From contig OZ193909.1 of assembly GCA_964276515.1 (NCBI GenBank), positions 14,012,001 through 14,076,000 on the forward strand: a DNA stretch of 64,000 bases, written 5' to 3'. Every line of letters begins with the position of its first letter. Position 1 is the stretch's first letter. Both the position numbers and the translations under genes were made by a program. Shown in pieces: positions 22,901-36,600 of this stretch. The notes below the pieces were generated by a model. It was given only the letters and a program-made list of their open reading frames with translations, had not been told where the DNA came from and did not search any database. The stretch is from Gordius albopunctatus (taxonomy: Eukaryota).

Positions 22901-25900
22901 TCTTTTTAAACCGAAGTTAATATGGAATATAAATGATGGAAAATGGAAATTACTTATTATTTGCGGCGACGTAAAATAAATTAGAATAGAAATTGCGCAT
23001 TTAACATACAAAATGCGTAGGCGAATTATAAATACGAAATAGTCGCGGGCACGTTTGTAAACCTAGAAATGGTTAGTTGATTTGGTGGATCTTGAATATA
23101 AATATTCCTAAAATTTACAACATCATATGTTAGCTTTAAATTGTATTTTTATTAGCTTAGGAGGTAATATTAATTCCTATCGATTGTTTATAATGAAACT
23201 CGGGCCTTCGGCCCTCGTGGGAAGGGGGGAGAGGAGGAGGGGAGGGAAGGGGGAACTCATCTACACTCCGTATAAATGTATCATATTTGCTATTCAATTT
23301 ATGGAAATACTTACGTGAATATTGCAAAACGAAGGTTGGAAGCACTAAATAAGTGTATATGCCAAATATCATAAAGGGGGAGAGAGGGAGCGAAGGGGAA
23401 GCTTTATGGTTAGTTAAATTCTACGGGAAACAGTTGTATTACCAAAAAGTCATAATAGCAATGGTAGGAACAGGAACAATCATAATAGTAAAAAAAAACG
23501 GAGAAAATAATTTCGATTCACATTTTGGCCAATAGTCATTTTTTTCCATTGGTCAGCAGCCAGGACACGGTAAAAGTGGATATAAATTCATAACAGTCAA
23601 AAAAAACGAAAAAATAATTTTCGAATCACATTTTGGCCAATGGTCATTTTATTCCATTGGTCAGCAGCCAGCGGACGGCCAAAAAGTCATAATAGCAATG
23701 GTAGGAACAGGAACAATCATAAGAGTCAAAAAAACGAAAAAAATATTTTCGAATCACATTTTGGTCAATGGTCATTTTTTTTCATTGGTCAGCAGCCAGC
23801 GGACGGCCAAAAAGTCTTATTATCCTTGATAGTAACAAGAACAATCATAAGAGTCAAAAAAAACTCCGGGATTCTAACCCAAAAACTAGATAAATTGCAT
23901 AGCAATTATTGTTAACCTATTCAAAAACGAACAAGAAATTTCGATTTATTTGGCCAATGGTAATTTTTTTCAATTATCAATGTTAACCTATTCAAAAAGG
24001 AAAAACGAAAAATTAGGATTTATTTGGCCAATGTTCATTTTTTCATTGGGCAGTAGCCAGCGGACGGTCAAAAAGTCATATTATCAATGGTATTAACAAG
24101 AACAAAATATTAAATTAATTAAAAAAATAAAAATTTTGCCCTCTCCGGGATTCGAACCCACATTAAATAGAGGCATAAGCCTTTGGAGGGGAACAGGGAA
24201 CCATATAAATAGAGCCATAGGCCCTTGTAGGGGAGGGCATAGGTTAATTATCAATGTTAAACTATTCAAAAACGAAAAATTAAAAATTTCGATTTATCTG
24301 GCCAGTGGTCATTTTTCCATTGGTCAGTAGCCTGCGGACGGTCAAAAATTCATATTATAAATGGTATTAACAAGAACAATATATTAATTTAATTTAAAAA
24401 AAATAAAAATTTTTGTCCTCTCCGGGTCTCGAACCATCAATTTAGAACGTTCGCCGGGATTCAAACCCACATTAAATAGAGGCATAAGCCTTTGGAGGGG
24501 AACAGGGAACCATATAAATAGAGCCATAGGCCCTTGTAGGGGAGGGCATAGGGTAATTATCAATGTTAAACTATTCAAAAACGAAAAATTAAAAATTTCG
24601 ATTTATCTGGCCAGTGGTCATTTTTTCATTGGTCAGTAGCCTGCGGACGGTCAAAAAGTCATATTATCAATGGTATTAACAAGAACAAAATATTAATTTA
24701 ATTTAAAAAAAAAATTTGTCCTCTCCGGGTCTCGAACCCGCAACCTCCAGGTCGGGAAGCTGGTGTAAATAACTTGGTGGACGACGGACGGACGGACGGA
24801 CGGACGACCAAAAACGAGCCCATAAATTGCATAGCAATTAAAACTATAGCTCTGCAAAATTTGTATGTATACAAATAAAAAACACGTGTAATGATTGAGC
24901 GCTGTTTGAATTTAAGGCTTCTGACTCCACCCGATGCCAAAATCTTTTTTATTTTTGGCATGGGTCAATTAGTGTTCTGGCACCTTTGGTAAACAGGTCT
25001 TAGCTTTTCTCGGTATTCTCAAATGCAATTTTAAATCGTTTGCGGATTCTTGGCCAGCTTTGGAAGAGTCCCTCGATGATTTTATATTAGAATAGTATTT
25101 TTTGTCGAATAAGCTTTATCTTATTTTGTCATATAATTGTTAAAATATCGGATTTTTAACAAAAATACTAATGTTATTCGGGAAAAAAACTGTTTTTAAC
25201 ACTTATGTTTCGTATTGTTTCAGATGTGGAGCGTTTTTTGATCGTGCACATCAAGCCGCTGAGCAAGAACCTGAGCTATGAGGGCCGACTGCAACGGGAA
25301 AAGATATTGGCCGCCATTCACGACCTTAAAGTGGCTTACCCAGCCTTAGAAAATATCGGGGCTTGTGCGGAGTTTACGGAAGGCGGATCTGACCGCTCTA
25401 GATCTACTTTGCAAAGCGATACCGGGTTTTTCTCCAATTCGCAAGGGGTAATTTTGCCCATATTTTTATGTAAAGGCCTTAAATGACGGGATAGCTATTA
25501 ATAGGGGGGGAGCACGGGGAAACTTTTAATGGCTTGTGGTATGGTGGGTGTGTAATCGATGAACTTTGTGTGAAAGGGCGACCGTGTGTGCTTTTTCAAT
25601 TCTTGGCATGACCAAAACAAGGCAAAGCTGTATTTCACGCATTTAGGGAGACTGTGTAAGAGACCATTTGTCCGAGATGTATTCTAATAAGAAAACAGAA
25701 ATGATGAATAAACCATGTTCAAGTGTGAATAACATATAAATAAGTGGTTTTGCTTTTATTAATTCGCCTACATTTATAATATACCAAGTGTGGTGGCATG
25801 TTAGGGAATTAATAGCATCTTCCCCAGTTCTAACATTTATCCCAGCAACGTGAAGCTATAAAGCGCTGTGCAGAGGCTTTATAATGTTTCGTAAAAAATT

Positions 25901-28900
25901 ACGATTTGAACACCTTATTCTCAAATAATCAAAAATGCTAATCCTTCAAACTTAATTTGACATGATTTTTAAGTTATCCTTAATATGGATTTATTCGTAT
26001 AATTATAACGCAACGTAATTGCCATTGATAGTCATCCTCCGGCAGCGAAAATCGGGCCAATCAAGCACACTTACCCTCCTCCCCTGGGAACGGTTGCACT
26101 AAGGTCGTCGACAGAAACGCGGACCCGGGTAAAAAGGGTTTTCACAAATCGGCATTTACTTCCAAGAAAAACTTGTTGGCAGCTATTTTTCTCTCCCGCT
26201 CAACCCTGTCCCTGCACCCTAAAAAGCCTCTAATCGACGAAACTCCTAGAGATCTTAATATGCCCTCCTCAACTTGCTTGCAAACGCAACGGGGACTGGC
26301 ATCGTTGGCTAACCAGGTTCAAGGTTTTACTGCAATCATTGCCATATTTGTGTTTTACATTTTTCCAATTCAAAGGTATCTTTCATCAATTTTAACAAAC
26401 AGTCATATTCATCCTTATGCTCATGTTTTATTAATTGCTATGCAATGTATGGACTCGCTTGTCCTGTTCAACTTGTAATTTTGGAATAATTGCCGTGTCA
26501 ACTTATACCGTTTATTAATGGCTAGGTGGACTTATGCTTAGCTGTAAAATACTTTCATTTTGCTTTCGCAAATACACTAGCCAATGACCGCTGCTTGTCA
26601 TTACCTTTTTCCCCCGAGTCCAAATTCATATTTCTTTTTGGGCCCTACTGATTACCCTTAATTATTTTTATTGTCACATTTTTTTGCCTTTGTATTTGGG
26701 CGATGGGGATATTAAAGAGTGGTAAATGAATTATGATGAGAGGAAGGGAATAAGAAGTTACCCGTATCGATTAATCATATAGAGTGGTCGGGGGGGGGGG
26801 AGGAGCGTGAGTACAAAATCAGAACATCAAGAATGGAAGAGGAAATAAGTAAAACTGGAATATATGATTTTACCAACTGGGTTTTAGTGCGCACTATTAA
26901 AGCCTATGATTGGGCAGAGCAATAATATTGAAGCGATATAAGTATATGTACAGAATCTATATATATATATAAGTAAAGGTATAATGATTAAGTGATTATC
27001 GTAATATTTTATTCTCATAAAGGAATTTTTCTCCCATTTAGAAGCTGAAATTGCTGGGTCGAATTGTGAGGTGACCGGTAAAGTTTTGCCAGAATCCGCT
27101 TCTACTCTGGCAACAACGCCCGATGAGCACTACGTCAATGGGAACAGCACAGCCTCGTCCTTGACATCTATCAAAGGTTGTTTGGTTGATACTAGTTAAT
27201 ATATTACATATAAGACTGAAAAAATGTTACTTTTTAACGAATACTTTTTACTTAAATTGCTCGGACTGCCGATTTAAATTAGTTGTGTGGGTGGGTTTGA
27301 GGTATCGAGAGATAGCAATTTTAAACCGCGTCGAGATGAGGAAGCTTTCAGTTACTTTGGAATAGCTGGTTTGCTGGGAAAAATGAAAACTTTTACAGGA
27401 CAAACTAAGCTCCTCCTCTCGAAGGAGTGGGCTATTTGTTTTGGGGGTCTTTAGGGCTAACTCGCTTTTTTAAAATGATTGTCGTCAGACAAAACTTATA
27501 CACCCCAAAGGTTTTTTGGTCTATTTTTCTGAGTCGCATAACCTCCTGACCAGCAGTTTTTTGGCAAATCTTTGGTCTTTTTATGTCTAGTAGACTAAAG
27601 GTCAACCAAAAAAAACAGCCGTTTTTACAACACCAATGTGAAGCTTTCATTGGTTAATTTTAATGGAGAGTACATGATTATATAATTTTAAATTTTAAGG
27701 TTAAATTTAAAGCATTAAACGCGTTTTTTAGTATAAAATAATGAAAGTGGCTATACAAATCCACAGCTTAAGATAACTACACATGAACTTGTGATTTTTT
27801 TTTATTTTAATAATTTTCACGCTTGTCATCGAAATTTTTAGATACATATGCTTCCAATGAATCAGCCTGTTTCGATCCAGGTAGAGATGTTGGTGCTTGT
27901 GATCAGATCTTTATCTCTGGCTACTTGGAAAAACGGAAAAAGGGTGAATATTTTTAAGAATTTTGTCAGTTTTAATACATTATGAGAGAGGTAAATGAAT
28001 GACGCTTATTTGATGTTTTCCAAAGAAGTAAATATGTAACGTAAAATGCAACTCATTTTTAAAAATATTATCATTTCACTTGAGAGCTACTAAGGTTAAA
28101 CCATTATAAAATTAGCCTCAAATTTACTCCTATTTTTTTAATTGTTATTCAACTATGATGCAATGAAATGAGTGACTGCGAAATTGACTTTTAATAAAAA
28201 TAGTATTAGTCTTTACCGGTTTTTGTATTTAACTTATATATACGTTTAGCACCTCAAAAATGTTGTTTTTTTTGGCTTACACAACATCAAAAATGTAAAT
28301 TGTTATAATAATATTTCATGCCGTAAATCTTTTAGAAGGACTCCTTTTATATTTATTACTTAAGCCTTATCACCGTTCTGAAATATTAACGAAATATAAA
28401 TTGAAATTTGTAATTTTATTCAATCTTACCTTAGGTTTTTAAAAGTTACAAATAATTTATTTCTTTATTTCCAATTTTTGTTGCCGATTCTTATAAACGT
28501 GTGATAGGTGCGGATGGTTTGAAAGGAGCTTTGCTAAACCGCTTCCAAAAGAAATGGTGCGTCATTAGACGGAATCAATTAGAAATATACGATAGGAAGT
28601 GCGATAAAAAGGCGAAAAGGCACCTCTCTTTGAGCCAATACGAATTTTACCACCCATCTCCTTTGGTCATTTGCCAAGAGGATAGGTACAGGAGTTTCGT
28701 TCTGGAGGGCAAGGGAAATCTGAGATGTTACCACGTAGGATTCACTCTTTTATCAACCATTTTTCCCACCTTAATTATTATCATCTATATATATAAGTGG
28801 TTGTTTAGTTTATCATCCCTTCAGCACATCTTCAGGTAAGGCGTTATAACTAATAACACGTGGTTTTAATATGGTAAAAATCGAGGTTGTAATCAAGAGA

Positions 28901-31541
28901 CATTAGTTAAAATTATGTTAGGGACACAATCATGGCCGTAGCCGGGGGGAGGGGAAGGGCGGCTGCCCCCCTCTAAAACCAAAATTTTGTTGAAATTTAT
29001 TAAAATTATGGCTAAAATTTCGAAAAATGTTCATCTTGTCCCTTCCTAAATCATTATTGCCCCCCTCTAATTCCAATTCTTACCACGCCCTTGGACATTG
29101 AAAACATAGTTTACAGCTTTTTTAAAAAATAACCTATTACGAAATTTATTAAATTTTATAACTTTTCGAATGTGAAGACTTTTTATATCAACGCGATTCC
29201 CAAATGATGCAATGCGGTGGAGTAATCTAAAATTTTAAAAGAATGCAAATTTTTTGTGCAATATAAATTAAATGAGGTAAGTGGTTCGAGTATCAGTTTT
29301 ATTTTTTCTTCTTCTCTGAATTAGTATGATAATGATTACATAAGTAATTTGAATCAAAATGTATGTTTTAGTTACTAGCGGACTCTCGCAGATCGGTATT
29401 AGAATGGAAAGATGCTGTCCTGGCAGCTAAACAAGCTTCGTTAAACGTTGTCGAAACCACTAAACGTAATAACGAGACCATTCCACTAAGTCCCCCGCCA
29501 ATTCACGTCACATCTCCTGAAAACATAAAATCATATCGTCAATCTCCGTCTCCCTCCCCTTTAGCCCCAACTGAAAATCCAGAAAAATCTTTAAATTCTC
29601 ATACACAACCTGATGTAAATTTTGACGATCATCTTGCTATAAATAATTTTGAAAAATGCGAAAAAGCTATATGCGTGCCTTTAAAGTCTAGCAATAGTTT
29701 TAGCACGGGGTCGGATATATCGTGTCCACCCGGGGGCCAACCCATTAACGTGGAACCCGACCTGATAATGACGGAATTTATCGAGAGGGTCGGTTCCAAG
29801 CTTAATAGTGCCGCGATATCAGCTATTAAAAACTCTGGTGGCAACGAGTCACCACAACCCATTGCATCGTCGCCCATATCATTTAGCGAGGAGTTTGAAA
29901 AGTCAGTAGCTATTGTGCGTCATCCTCAACTTTCCAACTCGCCCGACTTACAGACCAAGCGTGGAACGACGAGTTTAAAATTAGCTCCTAAATCCCATTC
30001 CGAAGATGAATGGCGGGAAGCAAAATTGATGCTTAACACCTCGATCGACTCCTGTCAATCCTATCCCATCCACGATCATCAATATCAAAGTAGGATTGAG
30101 ATATTGCCGCTTATTTGGTATAATTATATGTAAAGCTGTTCCTTAGGTTTTTTTCGCTAAAGTGTGCATGTAGGACTTTTGAGTTTTAGCCAGGGGTGCC
30201 TTCCTCTAAATCCAAAAATTCCTCAAAATTTAATGTCATTATGACTAAAATTTCAAAAATTATCATTTTGCCCCTCCCTAAATCAATATTGCCCCCCCCT
30301 CTAAATTCAATCCGGGCTACGCTCATGTATAGGCCGTTTCGAATGATGCAAAACGTATTGCAGCGCTAATGTTGACTTGCGATTGCGAATCATTTTAGCG
30401 TTGCATTTAGGTAAACCATACGTCTCTTCTTTGCCCTATCAGCGGTAAGGATGCCAGAACGGCTTTAGTTGTTATGTGCTTTGTCAGGGAGCTACGACTG
30501 AAAATTATGATTGTTATTCCAAGTTTGTCTCAATAATTTAGCCTCATCCGTTATAGTCAAAATTTTAATATCATCACTCTAACCATCAAAAACTACTCAA
30601 AAATTGAAACCTAAAGGTAGAGTTGTTAAATTGCTAACTTGCTTCAAACTCCAGACGCGAGCACGCACACTGAGTTGCTTAAAATGCGCGTTAGCACAAT
30701 ATGTGCTCGCTGTTCGGTGCAGTAGGCAGAGCAGTAGCATAAAAAAATGCTCGAGGGCCGAGCAGAAACTTGAGCAGATGGTAGCTGGAGTTGAAGCATT
30801 TTAGCAATTTAACAACTCTACCTAAAGGTGTGCTTGCGAGTTAAACTGCGTTACAAAACTTAGGCTCCGATTAAGTAAAAAGTTATTATAGGCGTTAGCC
30901 ATAAGTGTAAAACACAGATTTATGTTAATAACATTCCTCTTAAAATATCATAACTAATCATTTATTATTTTTATAAAATACCTATTTTTTGAAGATGAAA
31001 TAAATTAATAAATAAAAAGGTTAAGAATTATAAATATTTAGAAAACGTTCCGCTATGGCTATTGAATTATTGATAGGAAATACTATGTATTATAACCGAT
31101 TTTAATTTAATTACAGAGTCCGAATACAGCCAAGAAAATGACGAATTTTCAAGGGTTGCCAGGACGACAAACCGTCTTACAAAATACGATTCCACCACGG
31201 ACCGATCTTTTTCGCAGCAGCAAATGTCATCGTCGAATTGCCTTTCTTCATCGCCGAACGCCAACAACGATGATCAACGATGGCAAGCGGATCAAAGTTT
31301 GCATTTATTGGGCCCCGAACGGATTTATTTAGCTGTCCGCAATTGTAAACCGGATGGGCCGGACGAGTTAGAATTATATCATGCGGACCCGGTTTACGTT
31401 ATAAGTAAACGATTCGATCATTTAGGCTGGTGGATAGGAATTTCTCTGTATCATGGTTCCCTGGGCTTCGTTCCCAAATGTCATTTAACCCCAGCGTATT
31501 CTTCTCATAGCAATGCCGCCTCCGTCAAGGCTAATTCTTAA
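19952..31541 (+). CDS. SKAP2: SKAP1/SKAP2-like Src kinase-associated adaptor (N-terminal dimerization, PH, SH3)
   Basis: Exons 19952-19991, 25224-25447, 27023-27176, 27842-27943, 28508-28734, (28809-28835), 29372-30089, 31117-31541, all GT-AG and phase-consistent. ENIRTIFEDVERFL..NLS..REKILAAIHDLK; PH SGYLEKRKK..FQKKWCVI..LEWKDAV; SH3 DELEL..VYVISKRFDHLGWWIG..GFVPK. Confidence 0.85.
21320..21472. mobile_element. hAT-type MITE (CATGGGCGTAGCCA family)
   Basis: Perfect 14-bp TIR; perfect TSD TTAAACGA (21312-21319, 21473-21480). Confidence 0.92.
22155..22300. mobile_element. hAT-type MITE, diverged family copy
   Basis: TSD ATCTCATT (22147-22154, 22301-22308); degenerate ends CATGAGC.../...CTACGCCCATA; same internal sequence as family. 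Confidence 0.8.
23284..24840. repeat. Tandem-repeat-containing element bounded by inverted TAATTGCTATGCAATTTATGG-type motifs (HINE/Helentron-like?)
   Basis: ~120-bp tandem units from ~23443; near-identical 309-bp-period repeats starting 24145 and 24454; (GGAC)n at ~24779-24806; tRNA T-arm/B-box-like segments on minus strand. Confidence 0.7.
24972..25190 (+). mobile_element. Second, internally deleted CRE-like 3' fragment
   Basis: Matches 19552-19800 (ACCTTTGGYAAACAGG, AATTTTAAATCGTTYGCGGATTCTTGGCCA, TTGGAAGA..CCCT.GATGAT). Confidence 0.65.
28931..29093. mobile_element. hAT-type MITE, diverged family copy in a SKAP intron
   Basis: CATGGCCGTAGCC...CCACGCCCTTG; colinear with 156-325; TSD decayed. 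Confidence 0.7.
30618..30820. mobile_element. hAT-type MITE (TAGAGTTGTTAAATTGCTAA family)
   Basis: Perfect 20-bp TIR; perfect TSD CCTAAAGG (30610-30617, 30821-30828). Confidence 0.92.
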
Positions 31542-33618
31542 AAAGTATTTGAAAAATATGCATTCGATTTCACAACTTTTAGGTTGTTTCTTTCTTTCTT
31601 CCCGCTTAATTCACTACTATATTGCCGTCGGTATTTATTGTATCGCGCGCTATTTATTCTGTAAGCATTTCTTACTCCGCCTTTTAATTTTAGTCTAACA
31701 TGACTATTTATTTCTAGAATAAACGTGTGGTTCGGTGATTACGTCTTTTTACATAAAAGGGAATTTTAAGTGTTTATATTTTGGTAAATGTGTATTTACA
31801 AAGGACGGCGCCTCATTATTAATTATTGTTATTATCGTAAAGTGTTAAAATAATTTAGTGCAAATGCAATAATTTTTTGATGTTATGAACGAATATCTTA
31901 GATATCTTCGACTAATGTCCTTTGAAATATATGCTATGATGATCAACAGTGTCGTAAAAAATAATTCACACATAAAAAACCAGGTTCTTCGGACTCGCTG
32001 CAAGGGGCTCCGCTTCATGGGGGTGAAATCTAATGGTTTTTAATGTGGCTGGGGGGGGGGCGGGAGGCGGGCGATGGTTTGGGAGGAGTGGGGAATGTGT
32101 ATGAAGGTGGAGGATTATTTATACTGTGCCAAATGGTTAAAAGGGAGTCAGAAGAATATATTCATTTTTGGCATAAAATTTGCCACTTACACAAAAAACC
32201 AAAATAAATTAAAATCAAATGATGCTCAAAAAAATGAAAAAAATCGTTGGTCTTTAGCTGGGAACGGTCATCATTTATTTTCAGGCAAAACTTTTATTTT
32301 TTGAGGGGAAAAAATATATATCCATCAGAGGCACCAAAATGGCCAAAAGCGGCGGGCTCAAGAATAAATATGATTTTGGCCTCTGGCCGGGGTCAGACAA
32401 ATTAAATTTTAACAACGGTCATTTGCAAGTGTACGGAAAATATTAAGACAAAATAGTTTGGCCTAGAGCTGGGGTCAGACAAATTGTGGGACTAGCTTAG
32501 TAAGATTTACCCAAAATAACCAGCAAAAATAAAAAATTAAAGAGTAGAAAAAAGCTATAAAATATCCAAATTAAAACCTCCCCTAAGGTTGTCTAATTTT
32601 TCACCTGAATCCTTGAATACATGCATTACAAAATAAAATGAATTCGCCAAAATTTTGTGGAAGCCCTACAAATCTCATTAACTCTAAAATATTCTTAGTT
32701 GGCTATCGCTAAAGGCAACATGATCACGGTGATTGTAGAAGCTGAGAAGATGTTAAAAACGTTTATTATACACGATGGTTAGAGAAATAGGTTTTAATTA
32801 TTATCATACGATACAATAGTCGCGCGTGGTTGCAATAATGGTTGAATACGAATCGGTGCTATCGGACACAAACATGTTATAAATAATTTAATTATATGTG
32901 TTGTGTACACGAGACGACAATTTTTGGGGGGCCAAGACGTTCCCTCTTTCATATCCAAAATTAATTGTTAAAAAATTAATATTTCATAACAATCGTTTCT
33001 ATCAATTATTGTGATGTCCGTAAATATTTATTACAAATGCACTAAAATAAATGTGTTTTGTCGATAAAGTTTGATTCTAGCATGTGTATAAATGTAGTTT
33101 GTAGGTACAGGTTTAAAAATACGGTGCAAAGGAGGAGTATGACGATTATTAATGCTTTGGCCCGTTTACAGGGGTTAAGTCGTTTTGACTTTTCCCAATT
33201 TTCACGGTATAGGTAACTACGAACGAGGATTATTATCCATAAATTGTAAGTAGGTGTCAATAAAAGGTCAGTTATTAGCATTAAAAATATTGAAACGCAT
33301 ACATATTTTCTATCTCTAATCCATATAAATTCGTAAATACAAGACTTATGCCCAAAATACTAGATATTTACAAAAAATATGTGGCAGGGAAATGGGGTTA
33401 AGTATTAAAAAGGTTAATAAACTATGAAAAACGTTATAAAATGCCTGGGAGTTTCGAAAGGCTGCAAAAGGAGAGTTTATGATCGGCTAGAAAAAATCTA
33501 GTTGGTCGGGCAATAGTTAATGGTATGCGTGTGGGTTTCGTTAAATAATCGTGAGTACAAAAATCATACAAAAAATGATGGACTTTTTTTCGTGAAAATG
33601 CAGTTTTAGTCGTTTTGA

Positions 33619-36600
33619 CTATTTGTAATCGTCTAGGTCGATTTCGGAACGGCGGATATAACAGCACAGCAAGATGGAAAGTAGCAAGCCCAGTAACTAA
33701 TTTAATGAAAAATTTAACATTATTACATATATGGATCTAAAAAACGATTGTGCAGTAGATTTGAGGTTAGTGACTCACCATTAGCACCAAAAAACTAGCC
33801 GTATTTGAGATTATAAACCGATAGTTGATTTCCAAAAATCTCGTAATGTTTAGATTTTATAGTTAAATTAAAAAAAACTAATTTATAAACCAATTTAACA
33901 GGCCAAGCTGTTCTAAAATGAGAAATTTTGTAAAAAAAGCGTCAAAAACCAACCTGTAATATGATAATCGCTATGGCGATTCCAATGATGATATCCAAAT
34001 TGGATCCAAGATAATGTTCCAGTGCCGTGCTGCATCCCTATATAGCAATATTGGTTAAAATATGGATATTAAATACATTTAAATGATTTATTACGCAATT
34101 ATTTATTGAATAACTTTCATGTAGAACTTGTTAAATTATATTTTCCCTAAAAGCTTAAAACCTACACAACTTGTATCATCATGAAATTTGTTTAAAAAAT
34201 AAACGAAAACATGGCTCTTTAACTTAAATTTTGAGACGACGTCGTAATAAAATGTCGAGGACAAGAGCCATAATGTATTTAAGCATTGATTCTCTCAAAA
34301 GTTCGGTCTAAATTTACAAACGCAGTACGGTCTTTCCTGAATACATATGGCATGTTCAAATAATTGCCTCCGATGTTTCAACAAATATCTCAATTGTTCC
34401 ATATTGATTGCTTTCATAGGCACAAATTCCAAAAGGAACTAATTATAGAGCTGACGCAGGCAATTATGGATGCCATACAGCTGTTTGTGTTAAGTAAAGC
34501 CACTAATGCATTCATTTAGAGTTTAAAAACAGGTGCGAAAAGTTATGTAAAAATTTGTTATACCAGAACGATCCACTCAAAGTATTATTTTAAGCCTTGT
34601 CGTGAGTTTTAATATATTTCGCCCCAACATATTAATTTATGGGGGGGAAGGGGGGGGGGGAACTGCACCCCTATCGCTCGCAAGTAATCACAGCAAGGAT
34701 AATGACTTGCTAGTAGTATAATCAACAAATCAAAGATGTTCACATTGCATAATTACCGTTTGAAATATCACGGGGTCATCTATGAGTTTGGCCGGTAACC
34801 CATTTTGGTCCATAATGGTGGTAGTAGTTAGACGACCGAGCTCTTCGTCATCGACCGGACCAGTGGTGGGGGCTGGTTTTAGGAGTTGAGATTCTCCGCA
34901 TTTATCCCCGAATCGTTTCAAACCGGCAACAGTGCAACAAGAGACGGGCACTTTATTAGCTTTATCCCCGATTCCAACTTCGGCATTGTCCTTGCCCGTC
35001 GCGAAATAGCTAAAGTTCCAATCGAAAGGGCTTTCGCCTCCGCAGCACCGAAACTGGGAAATTTTACATATATGATCCTTCGTTAGAATTATATAACAGC
35101 TTGGTGAAAAATAACAAATAAAACTTTGCACGGGCGAATGATACTATCGAACCTTAGCTATATACTGGACGAGAAGCTATTATGTAAGCAATTAAAGCGG
35201 TAGGGCTTATATATAAATTTCATAGATTAAATGAAATAAATCGAAATACTATGCTTATTAGCGCTTTGTTTATTCCATGCATATGCAACCTGTCTAAAAG
35301 TTACTTCCTTTTGGCTTCTAAAAGAACTAACGGGTAAACGAATAGTTATATTAGATATAACAAACAATACGACAAAAAAAACTTTCACGATTTATTCGAA
35401 CATTTAAAAAAAAGTAAGGGTCCGCATATATTTTAGAATTCGCTTAAATATACGGCACTTAATTTTTAGTAAAAAAATATTAAATCTTTTAACTAAGATC
35501 CCTCCAAAACTCCGTTCAAGTATAGTTTCGGGACTAATCTCAAGTCGTGCCATCAAATTGGTAAAAAGTGCGTTTTTAAAAATAGATATTGGTAGGATAG
35601 TAATATAAAAACTTGTTTTTGGTCTAAGTCATACTTTAAAATGCCATCATATATTACATTAGCAAGTCGGGCGATTTCTTATAAAAATATAATTTAACGA
35701 GGTTAGTTCGCTAAATTTTTACCAGGCCAATTGGCACAAACTGAAGCATCTAAATTGCGTGATTAATAGGCATATCAAATTCGTTAAACCTTGGATTGGA
35801 TAAAATCATAAGCTATCGTTTTAGCCTTGTTACGACCATAGTCATGTTGAACGGTATCTCTCAGGCTCTGGTCCACGAATTTCTTCAACTGAATATACCC
35901 CCAAAAACAGTATATTCAAAAGGTAAATGAATAACAAATATATCAAAAATGCATCATTATGAGGATCTTACAAAGCTATCGTAATAGCATTTTTGTAAAA
36001 TAGGTTGTAGACAAACATTGCAAGAAATTTCCTAAGAACACGCTACTAATTTCAACCGTATAAAAAATCCCAGAAGAAAAACATCGAGCCTATTAGCAAC
36101 AACAGAATGACTCCAAAGTGTCCTAAGAGCTACGCTAACGACCAACAAAAATTTGAGTCATCCCAAATATGTAAGAATCAACGCAACCCCCCTCAATACA
36201 TAATTACGACAATACAACGACACCAGCCAGAAGGTGGATGCTTGAGTATATACACCTGCCGGCTTTATAATTTATACACAACCTAAACAAGCAATCAGAG
36301 CAGTTATAGCTATAATAAAGCCTATACGATTACGAGTATATAATATAAAACCATTCATGCCCCCCTCCCCATTATCTAAAAGTTGATACAAAATGGAGGA
36401 TGCCGTCAACCTATCATCATCTCTAACAAAACAACACTCACCATTTATCCCCCCCCCCACTCAGAGTATACAGAAAACAAAACTAGCAAAGCGAAACCAC
36501 GAAAACGGTAATTGCGGGAGGAGTTAACAAGCAAGGTGAAAGGTAGAGGAGAGTAGAGAAAGAGGTAAAAGGCCGTAGATCATATGAAGAGGTGGACATA

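Noticed and set aside
23443..24740. CRISPR-like array
   Set aside because: Units are contiguous diverged tandem repeats without unique spacers, there are no cas genes, and the context is eukaryotic.
24717..24790. Functional tRNA gene
   Set aside because: Only the T-arm/B-box half is recognisable; no D-arm/A-box or paired acceptor stem, and it abuts a microsatellite.
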